Numbered from the stretch's first letter, positions 9,747 to 18,263 are shown. The stretch is DNA of 64,000 bases from an uncultured Gemmatimonadales bacterium (GCA_964548275.1 CAZJQI010000016.1:3892-67891), one strand, 5' to 3'. The notes: generated by a model from the sequence alone, not told the origin. Translations and numbers: made by a program.

Positions 9747-9786
9747 AAAGAGTGCCGGATTCTCAGAAGAATCCGGCACTCTTTTT
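9747..9786 (+). terminator. strong intrinsic terminator
   Basis: Perfect 17-bp stem AAAGAGTGCCGGATTCT-caga-AGAATCCGGCACTCTTT running into a T tract. Confidence 0.9.
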
Positions 9787-9928
9787 AAACAAAGAAACAT
9801 CATTGTTGTGTATTGTGTCCGTATTGTCGAGAATCTCCAACCAATCGGGATTACTTAATCATGGGATAGAAGCAGATGATAAAATCAACTCGTTATATCT
9901 GCTCGTCACGAGACGGGGAGGTTAAGAT

Positions 9929-12900
9929 ATGAAACTTAAGAGGCTTTTAAGCCTGACAGGATTTTTAACTGCAATACTGATGTTTACTGGTGGGAGTAGC
10001 CTGCATGCGGCGGATCTTATACGCATAGGGAGTGCCCAGGCTTTCGCTGGGGGTAATGATACGGTTAGCGTATATGTTACTACGGATGAGGCATATAACG
10101 CTGTTGAGATACTCCTTAGCTTTGATCCGGCTAAGTTCAGCTACGAAGAGGGAAGCCTTGTCTATGATCAGGAGGCTTGGAATCCTGCCTGGGGTGCTCC
10201 CGATGTACTAGCCGACAGCGTCAACGGGACGGTTAGAGTATCATTCGTTTCTCCAACAGTGCTGGATGCTGCGGTGCCCCAGTCTGCTGTCGCGCTTAAG
10301 CTTTTCTCGGTGGTCCTGAATGTTGCCGAGGGAGTTGCTACAGGCACGGAAACTATTACCCCGAGCGGAATGTTTGCCAGCCGGGACGAGGAATACAACC
10401 CGGTAGAGCACGTGGTTACAAATCTCACTGCCGGCTCTTTCCTCGTCCAGACCGCTTTTACGATTTCTGTAGAGGAGAACGTTCAGGCGAGTCCAGGGTA
10501 TGCCACGCCGGTAAATATTTATCTTACCAATGCTAAAGACGCTGTCGGTGTTCAGTTCACTTTGACTTTCGCCAGCGCTCAGCTCGAGTACGCCGGGACG
10601 GTTGAATTGAACCAGGAGGCCTGGCAGGACGGGACACCTCAGCCTGTGGAGGTGACACCTGCGGCGGGCGAGGTGCAGGTAGTCATTTACGCCTCTGCTA
10701 CTGCAAAGATTCCCGTATCGAACGATCCGCGCTGGATTGCCAAGGTCTACCTGAAAACCGCCGATGGCGCGGCTGAAACGGCAGTCAACCCGCTGACATT
10801 GTCTGAAGGCATGGTGGTTACTGTCGATGAATTTGAACCTATAGAAAATTCTGCCACGCTCGTTGACGGCAATTTTGAGATTCTGGCAAAACAAAGCCTG
10901 AAAGTGAGCACTGATGCGGCAGCGCCACAGGGTGGCTCCGATACGGTTAAAGTTTATTTGAAAACCGCCGAGACTGCTGTTGGGGTTGAAGCCGAACTGA
11001 AGTTCGACGCGGACCAGTTTACCGCCGACGAGAGCAGTGTCGTCTTTAACAAGGCGATATTCTCTGGCCTGGAAGCCAATGTAACTGTCGATGTGCTGGT
11101 CACTGATTCGACACTCAAGGTAACGGCCTTACCGGCGGCCCAGGACAGCATTGCGGGGAGTGATGTTGAGAAAGATCTCTTTTCCGTGGTGCTCCAGGTT
11201 AAGGAGGACGCTACACCCGCTTCCTATGACCTGGATATCAGTGGGATGCTGACGACCAGGGACGAGAATTACGATACTGAGGAATGGCCTATCACTTCTG
11301 TTACCAAAGGCGCGTTCCTTGTCCGCAGTCCTTTCGAGCTTCAGGTGCAGAGCATGACCGTCCTTCCTCTGACTAAACAAACGGTTAACATTCTGTTAAC
11401 TAATAGAGATATAGTTATCGGAGGGCAGGTCGTAGTCAAATTCAACTCCACTGAGCTAACCTACGAAGAGGGTTCGCTGGTAGTTAACAGCGATATCTGG
11501 AGCGCAGGGGCACCGACATCTGAAGTGGAGGCAGGTGCAGACAGCGTGGCGGTACGCCTTTACGATCTCACTGGACAGACAACGATTGCGGCCGGTGGAT
11601 CAGGCCAGGTACTGCTGTCCCTCGATTTAACTCTCAGCAGCGTCCTGGCGGTCGGTGACACGGCATGGATCAATGTGGAAGGTCTGGCTGCTGTCCCGGA
11701 CCCGGACGACCCATCCGATCCCCTGGAGCAGATCGCAACCGGTATTTCCGGATATATTGCCGTGAGCGAGGAAGTTGGGCCGACGGAGCCGGAGGACGTG
11801 ACATACCTCAAGGTCATGCCGGTTGTTGCCGCTGCCGGAGGAGCAGCGAATTCAACGAAAGTCATGCTCTACTCAGTGGAAAAGGACGTGGCTGGAGTCG
11901 GATTCAAGTTCAAGTTCGATCAAACGAAAATCCAGTTGACAAGTGTCGCGGAAGGCGCTGACGTCCCAGTGCCGTATGGGGTGGTCTACCCGATTGACTT
12001 GGATTCAGCCAATACGAACGGAGAGTTTATTCTGTCAGCAATCGACACTAGTTTAGCAAATCCCATCGCCGCCGGCACAGAGGCTGAAATTGTGGTTGTC
12101 GGTCTGCAGGTGCTGGAAGGTGTCGCAACTGGCCACATACCGCTAACTCTGGAAGAGGCTTCGCTGTCAGATCCGGAGGGACTGGATATACCCGTCACGG
12201 TGACTAACGGTTACGTCAGTGTGGTTATACCCACTGGAGCCGATCTGAACGGTGATGGCGTAATCGACGCCAGAGATTTGTGGTACTACCTGAACAACCC
12301 CATGACGGTGCTGATCGACGATCTTGCCGCATGTATCGCAACGCTGCTGGCACAACCGTTGCCCTCGACCATGCTTGCTTCGGCCCAGGATGCGGTCTAT
12401 ACAGCGAGCGCGGCGGATGGTGCAGCCTTGATCAACCTGAACACTGATTTCGAAATCATCCTTGCTCGCTTTACATTCAGCTATGACAATTCCTACGGCG
12501 TGGCGGATGTACAGTTGAGCCAGGCATTGGCGGGCAAAGTCTTTATCAAGAAGATGTTTGTGGAAGGTAAACTGGTTGTTGATATAATCAGTCTTACCGG
12601 CCTGGTTCCCGCTGAGCTGGGAAGCGAAATGTTCAGTGTTGCTTTCCGTGACGCGAGTCATCAAGAGGTTGGCCTTACTCTGGAAAAAGTCGAGGTGGCT
12701 GACCGCAGCGGAAAGGTTTACATTGAGGCTGCCAAGGTAAACGTGGCGAAAGCTTTGCCAAAGGTTTTCTCCCTGTCCCAGAACAGCCCCAACCCGTTTA
12801 ACCCCTCGACAACGATCTCTTACGAGATTCCAGAATCGAGCGGTGCGGCTAAAGTTGTGGTGGCTGTTTACAACATTCGTGGACAGAAAGTTATTACCCT

Positions 12901-13048
12901 GGTAGATGAGCTCAAGGAAGCCGGACAGTACTCTGTTAACTGGAATGGCCGGAATGAAAACGGCCGGAGAGTATCTTCCGGTGTTTACTTCTACAGAATG
13001 AGTGCCGGCGATTTTACGGCAGTTAGAAAAATGGTAATTGTGAAGTAG
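9929..13048 (+). CDS. scaffoldin-like protein: 5 tandem cohesin-like domains, dockerin-like motif, degenerate cohesin, T9SS-type-A/FlgD-Ig CTD
   Basis: Signal peptide, then about 145-aa repeats with pattern (G..dTV.V.L......GVqF.L.FD...L.Y). Then ADLNGDGVIDARDL and the CTD LPKVFSLSQNSPNPFNPSTTI...RKMVIVK. Confidence 0.85.
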   Translation: MKLKRLLSLTGFLTAILMFTGGSSLHAADLIRIGSAQAFAGGNDTVSVYVTTDEAYNAVEILLSFDPAKFSYEEGSLVYDQEAWNPAWGAPDVLADSVNGTVRVSFVSPTVLDAAVPQSAVALKLFSVVLNVAEGVATGTETITPSGMFASRDEEYNPVEHVVTNLTAGSFLVQTAFTISVEENVQASPGYATPVNIYLTNAKDAVGVQFTLTFASAQLEYAGTVELNQEAWQDGTPQPVEVTPAAGEVQVVIYASATAKIPVSNDPRWIAKVYLKTADGAAETAVNPLTLSEGMVVTVDEFEPIENSATLVDGNFEILAKQSLKVSTDAAAPQGGSDTVKVYLKTAETAVGVEAELKFDADQFTADESSVVFNKAIFSGLEANVTVDVLVTDSTLKVTALPAAQDSIAGSDVEKDLFSVVLQVKEDATPASYDLDISGMLTTRDENYDTEEWPITSVTKGAFLVRSPFELQVQSMTVLPLTKQTVNILLTNRDIVIGGQVVVKFNSTELTYEEGSLVVNSDIWSAGAPTSEVEAGADSVAVRLYDLTGQTTIAAGGSGQVLLSLDLTLSSVLAVGDTAWINVEGLAAVPDPDDPSDPLEQIATGISGYIAVSEEVGPTEPEDVTYLKVMPVVAAAGGAANSTKVMLYSVEKDVAGVGFKFKFDQTKIQLTSVAEGADVPVPYGVVYPIDLDSANTNGEFILSAIDTSLANPIAAGTEAEIVVVGLQVLEGVATGHIPLTLEEASLSDPEGLDIPVTVTNGYVSVVIPTGADLNGDGVIDARDLWYYLNNPMTVLIDDLAACIATLLAQPLPSTMLASAQDAVYTASAADGAALINLNTDFEIILARFTFSYDNSYGVADVQLSQALAGKVFIKKMFVEGKLVVDIISLTGLVPAELGSEMFSVAFRDASHQEVGLTLEKVEVADRSGKVYIEAAKVNVAKALPKVFSLSQNSPNPFNPSTTISYEIPESSGAAKVVVAVYNIRGQKVITLVDELKEAGQYSVNWNGRNENGRRVSSGVYFYRMSAGDFTAVRKMVIVK

Positions 13049-13058
13049 AAATCAGGCA

Positions 13059-13089
13059 CCGGGCTCCCGCTCCTCGAGCGGGAGTCCGG
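13059..13089 (+). other. intergenic GC-rich stem-loop without a U-tract (RNA-stabilising or processing element?)
   Basis: CCGGGCTCCCGCTC-ctc-GAGCGGGAGTCCGG, a 14-bp stem with one G-U pair, lying between co-oriented genes. Confidence 0.7.
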
Positions 13090-13134
13090 CACTGAACCTG
13101 ATTATAGATAAACCAGCTCATCAGGGGGAACGAT

Positions 13135-14931
13135 ATGAAAATATTTAAGATACTATTCCTTGGAATAGTACTTGTGCTTTTCAACTTGGCGTATCTGGCG
13201 GCGCAGACCGAGTCTGATACCGTATCCATCAGTCCGGGGATTGGTCAGCCCGGTGGTACACTGGATATAACTGTTGATGTAGCGATTAACTCGGAAAACG
13301 TCGGAGGATTGGTCATCACCTTTGCTGTACCGTCCGAGTTGGATACCTCAGCGGGTGCATGGTATGCATTCTCTCCTGGGTATGGTGAAGCGCTTTCTCA
13401 ACATCTTGAAACATTGGTCAGTAAGACTGATTCATTGATAGCCGTTGCCCTGTTTGGGCTTACCAGCTTCGATGATCTGATAGTATTAGGGAAGATACCC
13501 TCCAAGTCAGGTGAATTGATAACTTTTACACTCAATGTTCCTGAGGACATGGAGGAGGGTTCTTACGAGATTACGGCTGATCCGGAAGCAAACCAGATCA
13601 CGTCAAGTGTTATAGGAGAAACTCCATGGAGTTTCACGCTAGAACTTGGGCCAGTCGTAATCTCCATCATCCCGGACGACAATACCCTGCGACTGGATGC
13701 CTCCCTCACTGCCATGAGCGGCGGAACGCTCTCGCTGCCGGTCTATATTGCGAATAAGGATACGGTGGATTCCGGGAGCTTTAAGCTTACCTATCCCTCC
13801 AGCACTCTGACTTTCTCCAGCGTTACAGCGGGAACCCGGGCTGGCGGGATGACCTTCAGCAGCGGTGTTGCCCTTGCAGGTACCGCATTAAGCGCTGTTG
13901 GTGATAAAGTAGCCACTATCTCCTTCACCGGCGGTGAGATACCCACAGGCGGACTTGGCGATATGTGCACGGTTGCGTTCAGTGTTGCCTCTGTCGGCGC
14001 AGGTGTCACTGCTTCTGTGGTTCTGAGTGACGTAGTGCTGAATGGCGGCGCTCTGACAGTCGCCACTTCGCCACAGGCCACAGCAGACTTAAGTTTCGCC
14101 TTTGGCGATACGTTGGCTATCGCTGTCCAGACCGGTACTGCCGATAAAGGTGTCCCGTGGGAGGGAACCGGTATTGCTCCCATTATCGATGGGCAGCTTC
14201 ACCTGCCGATCCGGTTGAAAAACAGCGTGCCTGTGCAGAGCCTCATTTTCTATGTTACGGAAGGTCCGGTGGATAAAACCGGCGTTCTCTCGGCCGACAC
14301 TCTGGTGCCGGTCACGACTCTCACCCCGACATCCGGTTGGGTGGCTACTGCTGTAGATTCCGGCTCCTTTGTTAAGGTGGTTGCTTATGCTGCTACACCT
14401 GCTGACGGCATACCAGCCGGAGACAATGTTGTTCTTCACGTGGTCTATGATATCACTCTGGCTGAGGGAGAGATACCCGGGGTCGATGATCTAGGGATCG
14501 ATATCAGTTTTGCGCTGGCGGGCGTTCAGGTGGTTGACAATACCGGCAGCCTTGTCGGCATTGAAAAAGTGGGTGCTACAGCTACGATTGACTGGCGCGT
14601 GCCTACCTCGGGTGAGGGCGTTGGCCCTGGCGCCGCGCTGCCCAAGGCTTTTGCACTGGCCCAGAACTATCCGAACCCGTTCAACCCGTCCACTACGATC
14701 AGTTACCAGATCCCCGAGGACGCAGGTAACGTATCTTTTACTCTCAACGTGTACGATATCCGCGGACGCCTGGTAAAGACACTGGCCAAAGGTATGAAAG
14801 GTTCAGGTTTCTACTCGGCATTCTGGGACGGTTCTGATTCTAACGGCCGTCAGGTAAGCAGCGGAGTTTACTTCTATCGCTTCACTTCCTCCAAGTACAG
14901 CGCCACGAGGAAGATGATCCTGCTGAAGTAA
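13135..14931 (+). CDS. mini-scaffoldin-like protein: 3 cohesin-like domains plus T9SS-type-A/FlgD-Ig CTD
   Basis: Signal peptide, then three cohesin-like units (GQPGGTLDITVDV.., SGGTLSLPVYIAN.., DGQLHLPIRLKN..). CTD LPKAFALAQNYPNPFNPSTTI...RKMILLK. Confidence 0.85.
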   Translation: MKIFKILFLGIVLVLFNLAYLAAQTESDTVSISPGIGQPGGTLDITVDVAINSENVGGLVITFAVPSELDTSAGAWYAFSPGYGEALSQHLETLVSKTDSLIAVALFGLTSFDDLIVLGKIPSKSGELITFTLNVPEDMEEGSYEITADPEANQITSSVIGETPWSFTLELGPVVISIIPDDNTLRLDASLTAMSGGTLSLPVYIANKDTVDSGSFKLTYPSSTLTFSSVTAGTRAGGMTFSSGVALAGTALSAVGDKVATISFTGGEIPTGGLGDMCTVAFSVASVGAGVTASVVLSDVVLNGGALTVATSPQATADLSFAFGDTLAIAVQTGTADKGVPWEGTGIAPIIDGQLHLPIRLKNSVPVQSLIFYVTEGPVDKTGVLSADTLVPVTTLTPTSGWVATAVDSGSFVKVVAYAATPADGIPAGDNVVLHVVYDITLAEGEIPGVDDLGIDISFALAGVQVVDNTGSLVGIEKVGATATIDWRVPTSGEGVGPGAALPKAFALAQNYPNPFNPSTTISYQIPEDAGNVSFTLNVYDIRGRLVKTLAKGMKGSGFYSAFWDGSDSNGRQVSSGVYFYRFTSSKYSATRKMILLK

Positions 14932-14951
14932 ACTAAAGATTGTCTGGAACT

Positions 14952-14994
14952 AAATAAAAAAGCCGCTGAAAGTTTTTCAGCGGCTTTTTTATTT
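14952..14994. terminator. bidirectional intrinsic terminator
   Basis: AAATAAAAAAGCCGCTGAAA-gtt-TTTCAGCGGCTTTTTTATTT between convergent genes. Confidence 0.92.
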
Positions 14995-15020
14995 CCCTGC
15001 AGTTAATTCGAGCTAGATGA

Positions 15021-15428
15021 TCAAGCTTTGGCTCCTCGTTTCTTCTTTGCAGCCAGTTCTTTCTCCAGAGCGGCCATTTCTTCCTTGACCGTTTTCTTGA
15101 CCGATTCCTTGCTTTCCTCCACGAATTTTGAGACCTCGCCACGGATACTGTTGAGCGATTTCTTACCCTCGTCCACGACTTTAGACATTTCACCTTTAAG
15201 GGAATCCACGGTCTTTTTACCTTCCTCAACTAGCTCGGTGCTTTTTTTCAGAACTTGGCCGGTGGTATCTTTCACCGCTTTTCTGGCGTCATCGGTTTTC
15301 TCTGCAATCTTTTTCCGTGCTTCTTCTCCGGAATAAGGGGCAAACAGCAGGGCCAGCCCGGCACCGGCCACTGTTCCAAGAAGAAAAGCCTTGATAATCG
15401 CAAGTTTGCCATAATCGTTGTCAGACAT
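15021..15428 (-). CDS. YtxH-domain protein
   Basis: FLLGTVAGAGLALLFAPYSGEEARKKI motif followed by amphipathic helical repeats. Confidence 0.85.
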   Translation of the reverse strand: MSDNDYGKLAIIKAFLLGTVAGAGLALLFAPYSGEEARKKIAEKTDDARKAVKDTTGQVLKKSTELVEEGKKTVDSLKGEMSKVVDEGKKSLNSIRGEVSKFVEESKESVKKTVKEEMAALEKELAAKKKRGAKA

Positions 15429-15470
15429 AAATCCTCCTTTTCGGTTGAATAATAAACCGCTGTCTGTTAT

Positions 15471-15845
15471 TCAGAGCCAGCGAGTTACCTTTTGGGAAAA
15501 AACTTTCAGCGCGGAAACAAGGTTAAGTAAAGGGTTCCTCAGTTTTTCCTGCACAAGGTCAAGCAGGTCAACAAGCTCCTCCATTTTTTCTCGAATCTCC
15601 GGGATTACCTCAGTCAGGTCCTCTACTTTACGGGTAGTGCTGGTGGAAAGATCTTCCAGGCTGACAGTTATATTCTGAAGGTGCTCCAAGGCAATCTCAA
15701 GCCTCTCTTTCAGGATTTTTTCCAGATACCTTTGGAAAACGCGCAGCTTGAGATATGCGATGACAGTTAACACGGTTAACAGAAGAAAGTAGATTGCGAT
15801 AATGACCAGAGAAACTGCAATGATAATTTGAAGTGTAGTAGACAT
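15471..15845 (-). CDS. DUF948/YtxG-like membrane-anchored coiled-coil protein
   Basis: N-terminal TM helix then coiled coil, located directly upstream of the ytxH-like gene as is typical. Confidence 0.65.
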   Translation of the reverse strand: MSTTLQIIIAVSLVIIAIYFLLLTVLTVIAYLKLRVFQRYLEKILKERLEIALEHLQNITVSLEDLSTSTTRKVEDLTEVIPEIREKMEELVDLLDLVQEKLRNPLLNLVSALKVFSQKVTRWL

Positions 15846-15874
15846 GGATCAATCACCAAGGGTTAAAGAAGGAA

Positions 15875-16717
15875 TTAAAGATCCCAGTCTCCGGGGAACC
15901 GGAAATCGCGGTTGATCTTTCTATTGCTTGATTTTGCGATCAGAGGCATGTGCCTTTTGTACTGGGTTTGCTGCACCATGCGCATGATATTATCGACAAC
16001 TTCTCGGGGGTAGCCTTGCTCGGCCACCTGCTGTGGGGTTATCCTCCTGTCGATAAGCATTTCAAGCAAGATGTCGGCATCCTCATAAGTGAACCCAAGT
16101 TCCTCTTCGTCGGTCTGCCCAGCCCAGAGATCCGCGCTCGGCTTTTTATTGATTATTTTCTCAGGCAGACCGAGATACGCAGCCAGGGTCCTGACCTGGT
16201 TCTTGTAAAGGTCTCCCAGCGGATTGAGAGCACAGGCGCTGTCTCCCCAGAGTGTGGAATAGCCGAGAAGATACTCGGTTTTGTTACCGGTGCCCAGTAC
16301 CAGGGCTTTTTCCGCGGCGGAGATATCGTAGAGCACTATCATCCGCATTCGCGCCATGACATTGCCCCGGCGCAAGACGTCCATTTCAGGACTCATTTCA
16401 AAAAAAGGCTTGACCATCGGCGTTATCTCGACCAGCCGATGGGGAATGCCCAGTCTTTTGGCAAGCATTTCTGCATCTGCCAGGCTCTCGGGGTTGGATG
16501 TCTCGTAAGGCATCATCACCCCGATCACATTCTCGGCTCCAAGCGCTTTGGTGGCCAGGGTGGCGGAAAGGCTCGAATCGATCCCCCCGGACAGACCTAC
16601 GACAACCTTCTTGAAACCCGTTTTGAGAACCTCGGTGCGGATGAAATTGGTTAATACTTCGACCACCTGTTCGCAATTAATGGCCAGAGGTTTTCTTTCC
16701 GATTCTTTTGAGTTCAT
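15875..16717 (-). CDS. nadE: NAD+ synthetase (synthetase domain only)
   Basis: VVGLSGGIDSS, GNVMARMRM, GTGNKTEYLLGYSTLWGD, KKPSADLWAGQTDE. Start taken as MNSKES (the ORF track extends to 16744). Confidence 0.95.
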   Translation of the reverse strand: MNSKESERKPLAINCEQVVEVLTNFIRTEVLKTGFKKVVVGLSGGIDSSLSATLATKALGAENVIGVMMPYETSNPESLADAEMLAKRLGIPHRLVEITPMVKPFFEMSPEMDVLRRGNVMARMRMIVLYDISAAEKALVLGTGNKTEYLLGYSTLWGDSACALNPLGDLYKNQVRTLAAYLGLPEKIINKKPSADLWAGQTDEEELGFTYEDADILLEMLIDRRITPQQVAEQGYPREVVDNIMRMVQQTQYKRHMPLIAKSSNRKINRDFRFPGDWDL

Positions 16718-16961
16718 GGAGACTCGAAATGAATTATTCATCACACAGGATGGAAGAACGGATACGCGCCTTCGGAAGTTCGTCCATCTCGATCTTGATC
16801 GTCGCCTGACCTTCCTCGAGCAAAGGCAGGCTTTCGATTACTACTCCGTGGGGATCGATGATATGCGAACATCCGCTGAAGATTATACCATCCTCACAGC
16901 CTGCACGGTTTGCTTCTAAATCCCCCAGGCGTGGAGCTGTTTGTAGTATTCTGACAAGCAT
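16677..16961 (-). pseudogene. internally deleted carbon-nitrogen hydrolase (nitrilase/glutaminase-type NadE partner) with a premature stop
   Basis: The N-terminal motif MLVRILQTAPRLGDLEAN is fused directly to the C-terminal motif NRAGCEDGIIFSGCSHIIDPHG..LPLLEEG. TAA at 16734-16736 is followed in frame by FISSLHELKRI. Confidence 0.75.
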
Positions 16962-17276
16962 TCCAAATTCTATGAGTATGATCCGAGGCAAAAGATATCT
17001 GGATCAAAAGGAAAAAATTTGATCGAAGCTGTTCCGAAGAAGCAAAGATTACTTGAATCCTCAACAATTAGACGTATTCAATGATAATACAGCCTTAACT
17101 GATTTGTCAATAACCACCACATTAAAGTGTGTCGAAAACGAGGTTTAGATTGCGTTTGTCCGGACGGTATATTATAATTGTAACCTGATTTCGAAGTTTG
17201 TTTATAGTGTATCTTACTATTGCCTGGAAAAAACTGCCTTGTTTGCGGTTTTAATTAAAGAAAGGTGGGTAAAATT

Positions 17277-17612
17277 GTGTCTGAGAATAAACCACAGGCA
17301 GTTGACGATATTTCCTTCGAGCAGCAAGTCCTGCAGGCTGAAAGTATTGCTGTTGTGGATTTTTGGGCACCCTGGTGTGGACCCTGTTTGTTCATGGCTC
17401 CGGGGATGGAAACTTTTGCCAAAGCCAATGCGGGCAAGGTGAAAGTCTTCAAACTTGATGTTGATGAGAATCCTAAAACAGCACAAAAGTACGAAATAAG
17501 AAGCATCCCCACAGTCATATATTTTGAGGCCGGAGAGCCGGTGGACATTTCCATTGGAGCGGTTTCTGAGTCAACTTTGCAGAGTAAATTGGATGTTTTG
17601 TTAGAGGGCTAA
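17277..17612 (+). CDS. trxA: thioredoxin
   Basis: VVDFWAPWCGPC and IRSIPT. GTG start at 17277 (alternative 17265). Confidence 0.95.
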   Translation: MSENKPQAVDDISFEQQVLQAESIAVVDFWAPWCGPCLFMAPGMETFAKANAGKVKVFKLDVDENPKTAQKYEIRSIPTVIYFEAGEPVDISIGAVSESTLQSKLDVLLEG

Positions 17613-17620
17613 AACCACAG

Positions 17621-18232
17621 ATGAGATTTGTTCCGAAATTAATCAAATACTGGTACATTGACCTCATCAGCCCGATAATCCGCTTTTGCATTCGCCGTCG
17701 CGTCCAACCGAACTTGATAACCACGATCGGTTTTGTTTTTTCTGTTGGCGCGGCGCTGGCTTTTGCGAGCGATAATGTGCAATGGGCTGGAGCAATCCTC
17801 CTGTTCAGCGGCACCTTTGACATCATCGATGGAAAAGTGGCACGAGCCACGGGTATGAGCAGTAAATTCGGCTCGTTCTTCGATTCCACGATGGATCGGC
17901 TGTCAGACATGATCATCTTTCTGGGTCTTTTGTACATGTACCTGGGAAAAGGCCATCAGGAGATGATCTGGGTGATTATGCTGGCTGTTATCGGTTCGTT
18001 GATGGTGAGCTATGCGCGTTCAAAAGCGGAAGCTCTCGGGATCAACTGCAGCGTGGGATTGTTTCAGCGCCCAGAGCGGGTCGTTTATCTGGGATTCGGC
18101 GCCATTCTGGGACATATGACACTTTATTACGTAATCTGGTTTCTGGCGATTGCGTCCAATCTAACCGTAATTCAAAGAATCTTCCACGTTTACTCAGTTG
18201 CCCACGGCGTGCCGCTGGACAAAGAAGAGTAA
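17621..18232 (+). CDS. CDP-alcohol phosphatidyltransferase (PgsA/PIP-synthase-like)
   Basis: DxxDGxxAR...GxxxDxxxD motif (FDIIDGKVARATG..FGSFFDSTMDR), plus SLMVSYARSKAE and GLFQRPER. Confidence 0.9.
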   Translation: MRFVPKLIKYWYIDLISPIIRFCIRRRVQPNLITTIGFVFSVGAALAFASDNVQWAGAILLFSGTFDIIDGKVARATGMSSKFGSFFDSTMDRLSDMIIFLGLLYMYLGKGHQEMIWVIMLAVIGSLMVSYARSKAEALGINCSVGLFQRPERVVYLGFGAILGHMTLYYVIWFLAIASNLTVIQRIFHVYSVAHGVPLDKEE

Positions 18233-18263
18233 TTATTGTCGTGAGTAACAGAGCTAATCTCTT

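Noticed and set aside
3-14931. Canonical cellulolytic cellulosome
   Set aside because: No glycoside hydrolase, CBM3, SLH or sortase signal is recognisable in these proteins. Only the assembly modules are present, although enzymes could be encoded elsewhere
16734-16736. Programmed stop-codon readthrough or recoding
   Set aside because: The codon is TAA, which terminates many genes in this window, and the gene is already disrupted by a deletion. Simple decay is more likely
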